Of a DNA stretch of 64,000 nt, positions 1-9,390 are shown one piece after another; positions within the stretch are counted from its first letter, which is position 1; each line of letters begins with the position of its first letter. The notes beneath the pieces were generated by a model. The model worked only from the letters and a program-made list of their open reading frames with translations, did not search any database and was not told the origin of the DNA. Source of the DNA: Clostridia bacterium. Its GTDB lineage: Bacteria; Bacillota; Clostridia; Oscillospirales; CAG-382. The stretch spans positions 2,935-66,934 of the forward strand of contig JAFZDO010000001.1 of the NCBI GenBank assembly GCA_017561145.1, written 5' to 3'. The position numbers and the translations under genes were made by a program.

Positions 1-441
1 AAATTTGCTTTCGACGGGCTGTATCGGCTTTACAAGCGCAAACCGAATACCTGCGCGGTGCGCGGCGATACAGTCGGTGAATATCTGGTCGCCGACTGCC
101 ATGACCTCGCTCTTGTCCAAGCCGAAGTGGGCAATACACTTGCGCACGCCCTTTGGCGAGGGCTTGCCTGCCTTACAAACGTAAAACAGACCGAGCCCTT
201 CGTTGAAGGTCGTAACGCGAGTGCCCTGATTGTTGGACACGAACGCCATCTTTATTCCCGCTTCCCTTAAAGAAGCAAAATATTCTTTCATTTTCTCGGT
301 AGGGCGTTCGACCTCATAGGGAGCTATCGTATTGTCGATATCGAACACGACGCCCTTGACCGACAGCTCTTTCAATGCCTCGGGAGTTATCGTATATACG
401 TCGCAAAACGCCATATCGGGGCGGAAAAAACGAAATGCCAT
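1..441 (-). CDS. YqeG-family HAD-IIIA phosphatase (3' end runs off the window start)
   Basis: Not in the ORF track because it is open at the window edge. Manual translation from the ATG at 441-439 gives MAFRFFRPDMAFCDVYTITPEALKELSVKGVVFDIDNTIAPYE...CKAGKPSPKG...MAVGDQIFTDCIAAHRAGIRFALVKP. It has HAD motif I (FDIDNT) and motif IV (GDQIFTD). Confidence 0.7.
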   Translation of the reverse strand, partial: MAFRFFRPDMAFCDVYTITPEALKELSVKGVVFDIDNTIAPYEVERPTEKMKEYFASLREAGIKMAFVSNNQGTRVTTFNEGLGLFYVCKAGKPSPKGVRKCIAHFGLDKSEVMAVGDQIFTDCIAAHRAGIRFALVKPIQPVESKF

Positions 442-457
442 AAAAATCTCCGTTTGA

Positions 458-2512
458 TTATTTTGCCTTTGCGTAGACTATCGAAAACGGCGGCAATACT
501 GTCGTACCGTTTCCGTTTTTAATTTCGAGCGTGCCGTTTACATCGCCCGAAAGGATATATTCGCCGTCTTCAAGACCGCTGACGTAGTTAACGGTCGCTT
601 CATTTTCGCAAGCGTTGACGATAAGCAAGATCCTTTCGCCGTCGTTTCTTTCCCAACGCTCGGAGAATACCGCGGAGTGCTCGATTATGCCGCCGTAAGC
701 CTCCTTACAGCGGGTGGTACGGATAATGGGCTGATCGTCATAAAATTCGGGGGTCTTAAGCAATCTGCCGTTATAGAAATAGGATCCGATTTTTGCTCTT
801 TCGTGCACGCACTTTTTATAAAAGTCCTTGCTCTTCATTTGCATATAAAGATCGGGAGCGTTCCAGCCGAGCTGCTCGCCGAAGGTGAACGACTGAGCGA
901 TATTTATGCGCTGACCCTCATCGTCGTCATAGGGCATATAGCGGTAATTACGTCCGAACATCGAAACGTAGCCCGCATATACGGCAACAAAAGCGGGAAC
1001 CTGACGGTTGTGTACCCAAAGCCAGGTAAGATAGCCCTGCATTCTCTTCATAAAGGGGTCTGCCGTGCATTCGGTGGTGAGTGCACTTCCCTCGGGACGG
1101 ATACGGTTGACGTGGTCGAGGAGGTTGTTATAGCCCTCTACCCACCAGGTACCGCCGCCCGCGCGGTGCGAATGCGTTCTGTCCTCGCACATTTTCGGTG
1201 CCGCCGCGGCAATCTGGTCGATATAAACGGCGTTAACGCCGACCTCGTTAAGAAGCTTGCTTACGAGCTCGGTAACCTTTTCCTGCCAGCAAGCAGTCGA
1301 GGGGCACATTATCGAATGGCGAACGGGGTTGCCGTCGGCTTCCTTTGAATTGTAGGTTTCGATAAAGGGCGTTCCGTTACGGTCCTTGGTGCAATTCGGC
1401 TTTGCCTTTGCAGACCACTCGAAATCCTCCATTCCTCTGTCCTTGGTGTCCCAAAGACGTCCGTTGATATAGGGCATTACGCGAACGCCGTTTTCCTGCA
1501 AGCGCTTTACACCCGTGTGGAAGGCTTCCTTTGCGGGGAAATAATGGGGATAATCGTTATCATAGGGGATAACGAACCAGTCGTAAAGATGTATGGGGCT
1601 GTTATATTCAAGGTCAGCATTGGCGGCGAGAACGTCGTCGACGTATTGCTCGTCGTCCTTCATACGAACTATCCACCAATGGTTTTCATGCTTCATCCAA
1701 TCGGGGCTGTCTTTTCTGCCCTCTTCATCGGTTTCGGGCTTCCAGACCGCGTTTTTAAGGAAGAATTCGCGGTAGATCTGCGCGGCATCATACCAGTTGC
1801 CGTCGAAGATCTCCCAAACGCATGCACCGCAAAGCCTTTGCGAGTTTGCGGGAAGATCGATATCGGTCAAGGGAAGCTTACCGCACGCGCTGAAGAATTT
1901 TTCGTGTTTTTTCTTTTCAAACCAGATCTTTTTATATGCGGGCGCAGGATCGTGAAGTCCGTAGTAAATACCGCGGTTCCACGCTTTGTTCCAGAACGCC
2001 ATAAACTGCATCGATGCGCCATAGGAGGGATAATCCTGACAGGATCTGCATTCGTCAAGTCCGTTCCAAAGCTCGCCGGGGCCGTTGGGCGACATAAACC
2101 AAACGTCCTTTTTGGCGTCGAAGCTTATGATCGGATAATCGCAGGAATAAAGGCTGTAATCCTTGTTTTCGCTGATAAGCTCGGTCGTCCATTCAATGCG
2201 GTTGCCGACGGTGTGTGCACAAAGCAAAACCGTAACGTCCTTTATCTTATCGTTGCCCGAAAGCACGACGAAGGTGTTGCCGTCAACCGTTTGGTACGCA
2301 CAGCTTTTCCATCCTTCGCAGGAGGAAACGGTGATCTGCTCGTCCGAGCTCATGGCACGCGCAGTCAAGGTGAACAAGGGGCGCTTTTGTGTAAGGAAAT
2401 TCTTTTTTATCTTTTTGTCGCGAATTGAATAAAGCGAAATACCGCCCTTTTCACAGATAAGGGTACAAAGCAATTCGCCTGCTTGAATTCTGATAAGATC
2501 GTTGTTTTTCAT
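458..2512 (-). CDS. large uncharacterised protein, possibly glycoside-hydrolase-like (DUF6259-type by recollection only)
   Basis: 684-aa ORF with host-like codon usage. The protein is W/Y/D-rich and globular, with no catalytic motif I can name by eye. The coding call is solid; the function is not. Confidence 0.4.
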   Translation of the reverse strand: MKNNDLIRIQAGELLCTLICEKGGISLYSIRDKKIKKNFLTQKRPLFTLTARAMSSDEQITVSSCEGWKSCAYQTVDGNTFVVLSGNDKIKDVTVLLCAHTVGNRIEWTTELISENKDYSLYSCDYPIISFDAKKDVWFMSPNGPGELWNGLDECRSCQDYPSYGASMQFMAFWNKAWNRGIYYGLHDPAPAYKKIWFEKKKHEKFFSACGKLPLTDIDLPANSQRLCGACVWEIFDGNWYDAAQIYREFFLKNAVWKPETDEEGRKDSPDWMKHENHWWIVRMKDDEQYVDDVLAANADLEYNSPIHLYDWFVIPYDNDYPHYFPAKEAFHTGVKRLQENGVRVMPYINGRLWDTKDRGMEDFEWSAKAKPNCTKDRNGTPFIETYNSKEADGNPVRHSIMCPSTACWQEKVTELVSKLLNEVGVNAVYIDQIAAAAPKMCEDRTHSHRAGGGTWWVEGYNNLLDHVNRIRPEGSALTTECTADPFMKRMQGYLTWLWVHNRQVPAFVAVYAGYVSMFGRNYRYMPYDDDEGQRINIAQSFTFGEQLGWNAPDLYMQMKSKDFYKKCVHERAKIGSYFYNGRLLKTPEFYDDQPIIRTTRCKEAYGGIIEHSAVFSERWERNDGERILLIVNACENEATVNYVSGLEDGEYILSGDVNGTLEIKNGNGTTVLPPFSIVYAKAK

Positions 2513-2536
2513 TTCTTTACTCCCTTGTGATAATCT

Positions 2537-3217
2537 TTATTTTTTAGCAAGATTTGTTTTTGCAAAGGTAAAAGGCACCACCGCGTCGGCAACGTTATCA
2601 AGCAGAATGCGCTTGCATTCCTTCATCGTTGCGCCCGTAGTGTAGATATCGTCTACAAGAAGTATCTTTTTGTATCTGACCGTCATATCTCGGTCGAGAC
2701 GGAGCTTGTATCTGCCTACAATGTTCTTTCTTCTTTCGCTTGCGCTGAGCAGCTTTTGCTCGCGGCCGCCGACACGCTTCAACGCGTGGATGACAGGGAT
2801 GCCGTAAATATGCGAAAGCGCCTTCGCGAATTCCTTTGCCTGATCGTAACCGTAGCGTCTTGTCCTTCGCGGAAGGCGGGGTACGTAGGCAACTCCGTCG
2901 TAAGCAGACATTTTAAGTCCCGTTGCGTCGACTGCCAATTCGGCAACAAAGCGCATAGCCTCTATATCGACGTTATTTTTGATAAAATACATAAACCGTC
3001 TTGAAAGATATCCGCCGTAGAAAAACATAAAGCGGTGGGACGGCTCGCCCGAGCATTCGCATTCGCTCGGGGCTTTATGACACGCCTTGCATTTTTCGGT
3101 CAGTATCGACTGAAAATTCGCAAGACAGTATTTACAAAGCGGAAGCTCCTGATAGCACGCGCGAAATCTGCACATCATACAAAGTGCAGGCGAGATATGT
3201 CTTATTTTCATGATCAC
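2537..3217 (-). CDS. comFC: ComF-family phosphoribosyltransferase-like protein
   Basis: N-terminal Cys-rich zinc-finger-like region (CMMC..CKYC..CKAC..CEC). C-terminal PRTase motif ILLVDDIYTTGATM. The start overlaps the recD2 stop (ATGA). Confidence 0.8.
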   Translation of the reverse strand: MIMKIRHISPALCMMCRFRACYQELPLCKYCLANFQSILTEKCKACHKAPSECECSGEPSHRFMFFYGGYLSRRFMYFIKNNVDIEAMRFVAELAVDATGLKMSAYDGVAYVPRLPRRTRRYGYDQAKEFAKALSHIYGIPVIHALKRVGGREQKLLSASERRKNIVGRYKLRLDRDMTVRYKKILLVDDIYTTGATMKECKRILLDNVADAVVPFTFAKTNLAKK

Positions 3218-5406
3218 ACCAAAGGCAAAAGATGCTTCAGCGCCGTGTGGCGAATCGGTATCCTGTTGTTCGAAACCATAACGCCTATCGTACGGCTCGT
3301 GCCGACTATGACCACCATTTCCCTTGCACGCGTGACCGCGGTATAAAGCAGGTTGCGCGTCATAAGAGGAAAGGGCGCATCGAACGAAGGGATAACGACG
3401 ATACGGTATTCGCTTCCCTGACTTTTATGTGCCGTTACGGCATAGGCGTGCTCAAGCTCCTCGAGCTGTGAAAAATCGTATTCGGTAACACGTCCGTCGA
3501 AATCGACCGTCAGGCTTTCGTTTCTCGTGTCTATTTCGGAAATGCGGCCTACGTCGCCGTTGAATATGCCGCTTCCCGATTCGTGACCGCGCTTCCATTC
3601 AAGGTCGTAATCGTTTTTGATCTGCATTACCTTGTCGCCCTCGCGGAAGATGACCGAGCCGTATTTCTTTTCGGCTTTTTTCGGCGATTTGGGATTAAGC
3701 GCATTCTGAAACATCGCGTTGAGCTCATTCGTTCCCAACGAGCCCTTTCGGGTGCAGGTTATCACTTGTATTTCGTCGAAGGGATCGGCATTATACCTTT
3801 CGGGCAGACGCTTCGCCACAAAGGAAAGGAGAAGCGACGCGATATCCTCGGCGCCCGTACGCTCTACAAAGAAGAAATCGTTATCGCGCGAGCTTAATAC
3901 AGGCATTTCGCCGCGGTTTATCGCGTGGGCGTTCATTACGATAAGGCTTTGCTCCGCCTGACGGAATATTTTATCGAGCTTGACAACGTTGAAGCGATTG
4001 GAATTGATGATATCGTTAAGACAGTTGCCGGGGCCGACGGGAGGAAGCTGATCGGGGTCGCCGATAAGGATAAGATAGCTTCCGAGCTTTACCGCCTTCA
4101 GCAAAGCACACATAAGATTAGTGTCGACCATCGACATTTCGTCTATTATAATGACCTTTTGATTTATGGGGTTTTCCTCGTCGCGCTGAAAATGGTGGCG
4201 TCCGTTATCCGCTATGCTTGCTTCAAGCAGACGGTGGATGGTTTTCGCCTCCCTGCCCGACGATTCGAACATTCTTTGTGCCGCTCTGCCCGTGGGCGCA
4301 GCAAGCACGCAGGAAAATTTAAGTATATCGCAGATATCAAGTATCGCCTTGATAACCGTCGTTTTACCCGTACCGGGACCGCCCGTGATAACGGTAACTC
4401 CGCCCGTCAGCGCGTATGATATCGCCTCGCGTTGCTCATCGGCATAGGTGATTCCGTATTTCTGCTCGAGCACCTTGGTCTGCTCGTCGATTCCCTCGAG
4501 AACGAAGGGGAATTTGAAATCGGAAAGAGCACGCAGCTTTGCGGCAATATAAACCTCGGCTGAATAAAGCTCGTGCAACGCATAGGCGTTATCACCGTCC
4601 GCTTCGAACTTCTTTATCTGCTCCTTCATAACGAGTCTGCCGACAGCCTCCCGTGCGATAGCCTCAGAAACGCCGAGCACCTTTGCCGAAGCGCTGAACA
4701 GCTCGTCCTCGGGAAGATAGCAGTGACCGCCGTTGACCGATGCAACGGTAAGCGTGTGTATTACGCCCGCCTCGGCACGGTCGGGGCTGTCGTGGGGGAT
4801 GCCGAGCGACATCGCAACCTTGTCCGCCTTATCGAACCCGATACCGCTTATATCGTTGCAAAGTCGGTAGGGTGTCATTTTTATGATATCGACGGCGGCA
4901 GAACCGTACGCCTTGAAGATCTTGACCGAAAGCGCGGGGCCGAAAAACTGATTGCAGAACATCATGACCGTCCGCATACCGAATTGCTCGGTATAGCTTT
5001 CGTGAATGCCGTCGGCGCGTTTCGGAGAAATTCCTCTTATATCGCAAAGCCAACGGGGATTGTTTTCGATAACGTCGAGCGAATCCTCGCCGAAGCGGGC
5101 AACGATCCTTTCGGCGGTAACGGGACCTATTCCCTTTATTGCGCCCGACGCAAGATATTTAAGTATTGCCGCCTGAGTTGTGGGCAGCTTTTTTTCGAAA
5201 TAATCAACGCGGAATTGACGTCCGAAGGTTGAATGTACCTGCCATTCACCCTGAACGCGAATAGTTTCACCCTCTCCGACGTAGGGCATAATGCCAACGA
5301 GCGTTATCGGCTCGCCTCCGCAATTTATGGTGCAGACGGTGTATCCGTTTTCGCCGTTCGAGTATATTATGTCTTCAACAACGCCGTCAAGATACAGCTC
5401 GCCCAA
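3214..5406 (-). CDS. recD2: RecD2-type SF1B ATP-dependent DNA helicase
   Basis: N-terminus is VVEDIIYSNGENGYTV. Walker A is ITGGPGTGKTT, Walker B is IIIDEMSMVD, and the C-terminus carries AVTAHKSQGSEY. The track start at 5484 overlaps the upstream ORF. TTG at 5406, 7 nt after AAAGGTGG, is the more plausible start. Confidence 0.9.
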   Translation of the reverse strand: MGELYLDGVVEDIIYSNGENGYTVCTINCGGEPITLVGIMPYVGEGETIRVQGEWQVHSTFGRQFRVDYFEKKLPTTQAAILKYLASGAIKGIGPVTAERIVARFGEDSLDVIENNPRWLCDIRGISPKRADGIHESYTEQFGMRTVMMFCNQFFGPALSVKIFKAYGSAAVDIIKMTPYRLCNDISGIGFDKADKVAMSLGIPHDSPDRAEAGVIHTLTVASVNGGHCYLPEDELFSASAKVLGVSEAIAREAVGRLVMKEQIKKFEADGDNAYALHELYSAEVYIAAKLRALSDFKFPFVLEGIDEQTKVLEQKYGITYADEQREAISYALTGGVTVITGGPGTGKTTVIKAILDICDILKFSCVLAAPTGRAAQRMFESSGREAKTIHRLLEASIADNGRHHFQRDEENPINQKVIIIDEMSMVDTNLMCALLKAVKLGSYLILIGDPDQLPPVGPGNCLNDIINSNRFNVVKLDKIFRQAEQSLIVMNAHAINRGEMPVLSSRDNDFFFVERTGAEDIASLLLSFVAKRLPERYNADPFDEIQVITCTRKGSLGTNELNAMFQNALNPKSPKKAEKKYGSVIFREGDKVMQIKNDYDLEWKRGHESGSGIFNGDVGRISEIDTRNESLTVDFDGRVTEYDFSQLEELEHAYAVTAHKSQGSEYRIVVIPSFDAPFPLMTRNLLYTAVTRAREMVVIVGTSRTIGVMVSNNRIPIRHTALKHLLPLV

Positions 5407-5410
5407 AATA

Positions 5411-5659
5411 CTACCACCTTTTGATATAGACTTTCCGTTCCTCGTCCGCACAAACACGGCGGATGACCTCCTCCTGCTCGGCATCGGTCCGACAAATTAT
5501 AAGCATATCCGGCTTTGCCCCGTCAAGAAGCTCCTTATCAAAGCAAAGACAGATAAAATTCGTTTTTTTGGCACGGGAAACGCGTATTGCTTCAAGCACG
5601 GCAAGAATTACCCCCAAAACCGCAAATGCAGAAAGAAAAACCTCGTAAAATATCGCCAT
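5411..5659 (-). CDS. small hypothetical membrane protein
   Basis: 82 aa with an N-terminal hydrophobic helix (IFYEVFLSAFAVLGVILAVL). Its TAG stop lies 5 nt before the proposed recD2 TTG. No family recognised. Confidence 0.45.
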   Translation of the reverse strand: MAIFYEVFLSAFAVLGVILAVLEAIRVSRAKKTNFICLCFDKELLDGAKPDMLIICRTDAEQEEVIRRVCADEERKVYIKRW

Positions 5660-5735
5660 ACTTAATCACCTTCTATTATATTATATGCGTTTGCAAATTG
5701 CAAGTGAAAAAGAAAATTTAAATACCCCTAAACGA

Positions 5736-5768
5736 ACAAAAACCCGATGCGTTTTCACACATCGGGCT
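5736..5768 (-). terminator. intrinsic terminator after the zinc-ribbon membrane protein gene
   Basis: Hairpin CCCGATG-N10-CATCGGG, with an A-run on the plus strand that reads as a U-run on the minus strand. Confidence 0.55.
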
Positions 5769-5788
5769 TAAAGCTTGCCAAAGGAGGC

Positions 5789-6460
5789 TTATTTCATTTT
5801 ATATCCGCATTGATTGCAGAAATTCGCCTGAGGTCTTACAACGTTTCCGCAAGAGGGGCAGCGCTTTACAAGCGGTTCGCCTTCCTTGGGAAGAACAACG
5901 GTTTTTTCTTCGCCGTCATCGGAAACGAAATCGGCGTCGTCTGCCATAGGTGCAGCCGCTTCTTCGACAGGCGTTTCAGCTACGGGTTCCTCAACCACGG
6001 GAGCCTCGACTACGGGAGCCTCGACTACGGGAGCCTCGACTACGGGTTCTTCAACAACGGGTGCTTCAACAACGGGTGCTTCAACAACGGGTGCTTCAAC
6101 AACGGGTGCTTCAACTACAGGTGCTTCAACTACGGGCTGAACGGGTTTGCATTCGTTAGCCTTGCTGTTGCGCAGGAACGCAAGTATTGCTTCGCTCGTT
6201 CTTGCGTTTTCCTCGCAGGATTTGATAAGAGTGCCGTAACCGAAGAACATGTAGATAGGGATAAGAGAAAGTCCGAAATAAGCAGTCGCACCGAGAATGC
6301 CGATCAAAATGCCCGCTATCATGGTGCTGAGTTCCCTGGAAAAGACACCGGTGAGAACGCCTGTAATAAGGATAAACGCAGAGATAATGCAATTGAATAC
6401 GAAGAAAACTATCGCGATACCGCGAAGCTTTCCGCCAACGTTTTTGAACATGATTTTCAC
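5789..6460 (-). CDS. membrane protein with a (PVVEA)n spacer and a C-terminal zinc ribbon
   Basis: 223 aa. The N-terminal half is hydrophobic (about 4 TM). The centre reads VQPVVEAPVVEAPVVEA...PVVEEPVAETPVEE. The C-terminus is CPSCGNVVRPQANFCNQCG. Confidence 0.75.
   Translation of the reverse strand: MKIMFKNVGGKLRGIAIVFFVFNCIISAFILITGVLTGVFSRELSTMIAGILIGILGATAYFGLSLIPIYMFFGYGTLIKSCEENARTSEAILAFLRNSKANECKPVQPVVEAPVVEAPVVEAPVVEAPVVEAPVVEEPVVEAPVVEAPVVEAPVVEEPVAETPVEEAAAPMADDADFVSDDGEEKTVVLPKEGEPLVKRCPSCGNVVRPQANFCNQCGYKMK
5984..6133 (-). repeat. in-frame tandem 15-bp repeat, 10 units, encoding the pentapeptide PVVEA/PVVEE
   Basis: Units run gggttcctcaaccac, then gggagcctcgactac x3, gggttcttcaacaac, gggtgcttcaacaac x3, gggtgcttcaactac and aggtgcttcaactac. 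This gives two internally identical sub-blocks. Confidence 0.9.
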
Positions 6461-6485
6461 CTCATAAAAATTTATTTGATTTGGT

Positions 6486-6911
6486 TTAGCGCTGTTGAAT
6501 GTCGTAATAGCTCTTATCCGAGGGAGTGAAATAAACGTCGATATTTCCGAGATGGGTATTGAGGACTATCATTTTGAATCCGTCGAAGACGTATTCACAG
6601 CTTCCGTCGGGATAGGTGACCGCATCGAGATCGCCGTCTTCATGATCGGCTTGTGCCTGTGCGATGATCTCCTCGATGCTTATTTTGCCCGAAGCAAGCG
6701 CCATTTCAAGCATTTGCGGCTCTCCGTCGAGCTTTACCATCATAAGTCCGCCGATAACGTAAACGACGCGCTCGTCGGTATAGAAAATATATTCGAGTCT
6801 GTCGCTTCCGTCGGATGTGTAGGTCAGATCGAAAGCACTCTCATCCGAGCAGGCGGCGAACGGGACCGCCATCGACAGCACGAGTACAAAAGCGATCAGT
6901 CTTTTAAGCAT
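6486..6911 (-). CDS. hypothetical lipoprotein
   Basis: The internal ATG at 6911 gives MLKRLIAFVLVLSMAVPFAAC, a signal peptide plus lipobox Cys. The longer track ORF (to 7193) would overlap ftsK by about 290 nt. Confidence 0.6.
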   Translation of the reverse strand: MLKRLIAFVLVLSMAVPFAACSDESAFDLTYTSDGSDRLEYIFYTDERVVYVIGGLMMVKLDGEPQMLEMALASGKISIEEIIAQAQADHEDGDLDAVTYPDGSCEYVFDGFKMIVLNTHLGNIDVYFTPSDKSYYDIQQR

Positions 6912-9363
6912 TTTCGGACTCCTTTTTCGTTTCGCCGTTAAGCTTGAGCTCGGCAAACTGCTCACGTGTGATAAGTATGTTGCGCTTCTTGGTCGCGGCA
7001 TCGAATTCGCCGATATATCCGCGGCGCTCCATTTTGTCGATGATCCTTGCGGCACGCGCATAACCGAGCGACAGTCTGCGCTGAAGCAGAGAGGTCGAAA
7101 CCGTTCCGCTTTCGATGGCGACCTCGATAGCGTCCATAAACATCGGATCGGTCTTGTCGTCGCCGTCGTCCGCCTCTGCCGCGGCAGCCGCACCCTTCTT
7201 GCCCTTCATGCCGCAGAGCTTTGCTTCCTGCTCGATCTGCTGCATGATAGCATCGTCATACTGAGCCTGAGCGGCTTCCTTGATAAACTGAGTGACGGCG
7301 GCAACCTCGCCCTTGCCGTCAACAAATGCGCCCTGAACGCGTATCGGCTTCATTGCGCCGACGGGATAATAAAGCATATCGCCCTTACCGAGCAGCTTTT
7401 CGGCACCCGTCATATCGAGAATGGTACGCGAGTCGACCGCCGAGGTGGTCGTCAACGCGATTCTCGAGGGAATGTTAGCCTTGATAAGACCGGTGATAAC
7501 GTCGACAGAAGGTCTTTGAGTACCGATAACAAGGTGGATGCCCGCCGCACGCGCTTTTTGAGCAAGACGGCAAACCGAGGTTTCAACGTCATCGGGAGCG
7601 GTCATCATCAGATCGGCAAACTCGTCGATAAAGATGACTATCTGAGGCATAAGCTCACGCTCGGGATCGTTTGCAACTGCGTTGTTATAGCCCATAAGGT
7701 CACGCGCACCGACCTCCTGAATAAGGCGGTAGCGCTTTTCCATTTCACTGCATGCCCAGTTAAGGGTGCCCGCGGCGTTCTTCGGGTCGTTGATAACCGG
7801 AACGAGAAGGTGGGGGATGTCCTTATAGTCGGAAAATTCAACCGTTTTCGGGTCGATAAGTATCAATTTTACGTCGTTGGGGTGATTGCGGTAAAGCAAC
7901 GAAATGATAAGTGAGTTAATACAAACCGATTTACCTTGACCGGTTGCGCCCGCAACGAGAAGGTGGGGCATTTTTGCGATATCAAGATAAACGGGACTGC
8001 CCGCAACGTCTTCGCCGAGCGAGCAGAAAAGTCTGCTCTTATTGTCGCGGAAGACGGCGTTGTCGATAAGTCCGCGGAGTCTTACGGTCGAGGTCGCCTT
8101 GTTGGGGATCTCAACGCCGACAGCCGCTTTTCCGGGGATATTTTCGATTCTTACCGCGGTTGCCGCAAGGTGAAGCGCGATATCGTCGGCAAGATTGGAG
8201 ATAGCCTTTACTCGGACGCCTGTTTCGGGCTGAAGCTCATATCTGGTAACGGTAGGACCGTAGGTGGAATTGATCACCTTCGCCTTTACGTTGAAGCTTG
8301 CGAGAACCTCCTCGAGCTTGCGGCTCGTCCTTTCGACCTCGGCACCGGAGGGACCGCCCATTCCGTTGCCCGAATCTGCGGTAAGCAGAGATATGGGAGG
8401 AAATACGTACGGCGTGTCCTCAATAGGCTCAAGGCAAAGCTCCTCGTCCTCTTCATCCTCGATGCTTTCGGTTTCCTCGATGATCTCGGGAATGGTTTCG
8501 GGAGCGTTTTCGTTCGGAGCCTCAACGGGCTCGTCCTCAACCGGAGCAGATACGTTCTCCTCCGCAATCGGCTCTGCCGGATCGGGAGTCAGCTCGGTAT
8601 CTGTTGCGGCGTTATATTCGGAAATAGTTTCGAATTCGGGCTTTTCCTCCTCAAGGGCGGGATCCTCGGGGAGTGCGACGGGAAGCTCGGATTGCTTCTC
8701 TTCCAGCTTCTTTTTACGGCGGGGAGCGGGTATCTCGAGCTCTTCCTCGTCTTCCTCGTCTTCACGCGCTTCCTTTGCACGGTTTGCCGCATCGCGGAAG
8801 TAATTGATTATCGCCATAACGGTGTCCTTGGGCGTTGCGCCGCAAAGAAGCACGGTGCAGATGAATATACCCAATATCGCAAGAACCATCGAAGCGGTGG
8901 TGCCGATGGTAACGGTGAAAAGCATTGCTATCGAGCCGCTGATAAGGCCCGCGCTCTTAAGCTCGATGCCCTGAGAGTATAGGAGGCTCAATGCAGGCTC
9001 CTCGCTTCCGGCAACGAGTATCTGGACGAAGATCGAAATGAACACGAATTCGAGCGCATAAATGACGTATTTCACTCTTGCGACGTTGTTCGCGTGGTCA
9101 CGTCCCCAAAAAATATCGATAACGAGGATAAGGAAGGGCACCACGTAATACATAGGCCCGAACAGCCCCTTTAAAAAGGTGGCGATAATATTGCCGAACC
9201 AACCGTTGTTGATTGCGGGTATGAACGTAAGAATGATGAAAAAGGCAATGAAGCCAACGACCCAGCGCACTATTTCGGAACGCTCGATCTTTATTTGCTT
9301 TTGCTTCGAATTGCCGGAAGTATTCGTTTTTTTAACGTTTTTGCTTTTTTTCTTATCCGCCAC
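6904..9363 (-). CDS. ftsK: FtsK/SpoIIIE-family DNA translocase
   Basis: 819 aa with N-terminal TM segments and an acidic E/P-rich linker. Walker A is GATGQGKS and Walker B is IVIFIDEFADL. The C-terminal gamma winged helix reads VSTSLLQRRLSLGYARAARIIDKME. Confidence 0.95.
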   Translation of the reverse strand: MADKKKSKNVKKTNTSGNSKQKQIKIERSEIVRWVVGFIAFFIILTFIPAINNGWFGNIIATFLKGLFGPMYYVVPFLILVIDIFWGRDHANNVARVKYVIYALEFVFISIFVQILVAGSEEPALSLLYSQGIELKSAGLISGSIAMLFTVTIGTTASMVLAILGIFICTVLLCGATPKDTVMAIINYFRDAANRAKEAREDEEDEEELEIPAPRRKKKLEEKQSELPVALPEDPALEEEKPEFETISEYNAATDTELTPDPAEPIAEENVSAPVEDEPVEAPNENAPETIPEIIEETESIEDEEDEELCLEPIEDTPYVFPPISLLTADSGNGMGGPSGAEVERTSRKLEEVLASFNVKAKVINSTYGPTVTRYELQPETGVRVKAISNLADDIALHLAATAVRIENIPGKAAVGVEIPNKATSTVRLRGLIDNAVFRDNKSRLFCSLGEDVAGSPVYLDIAKMPHLLVAGATGQGKSVCINSLIISLLYRNHPNDVKLILIDPKTVEFSDYKDIPHLLVPVINDPKNAAGTLNWACSEMEKRYRLIQEVGARDLMGYNNAVANDPERELMPQIVIFIDEFADLMMTAPDDVETSVCRLAQKARAAGIHLVIGTQRPSVDVITGLIKANIPSRIALTTTSAVDSRTILDMTGAEKLLGKGDMLYYPVGAMKPIRVQGAFVDGKGEVAAVTQFIKEAAQAQYDDAIMQQIEQEAKLCGMKGKKGAAAAAEADDGDDKTDPMFMDAIEVAIESGTVSTSLLQRRLSLGYARAARIIDKMERRGYIGEFDAATKKRNILITREQFAELKLNGETKKESENA

Positions 9364-9390
9364 GGCGAGCTCCTCTTAATTCAACTTCAT

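Noticed and set aside
58-270. 70-aa plus-strand ORF at the window start
   Set aside because: It is antisense to the well-supported YqeG-like HAD phosphatase gene (1-441, minus).
5984-6133. Possible CRISPR array or minisatellite
   Set aside because: The units are contiguous 15-mers with no spacers, in frame within a CDS. This is not CRISPR.
5747-6529. Plus-strand and alternative-frame ORFs across the 15-bp repeat tract (5747-6529, 5886-6140, 5950-6159)
   Set aside because: Any frame of a 15-bp tandem repeat stays open. The minus-strand frame yields a coherent TM plus zinc-ribbon protein with an RBS and a terminator.
6486-7193. 235-aa version of the lipoprotein ORF
   Set aside because: The N-terminal 94 residues overlap the ftsK 3' end in another frame and are R/S/P-rich. 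The internal Met gives a canonical lipoprotein signal peptide.
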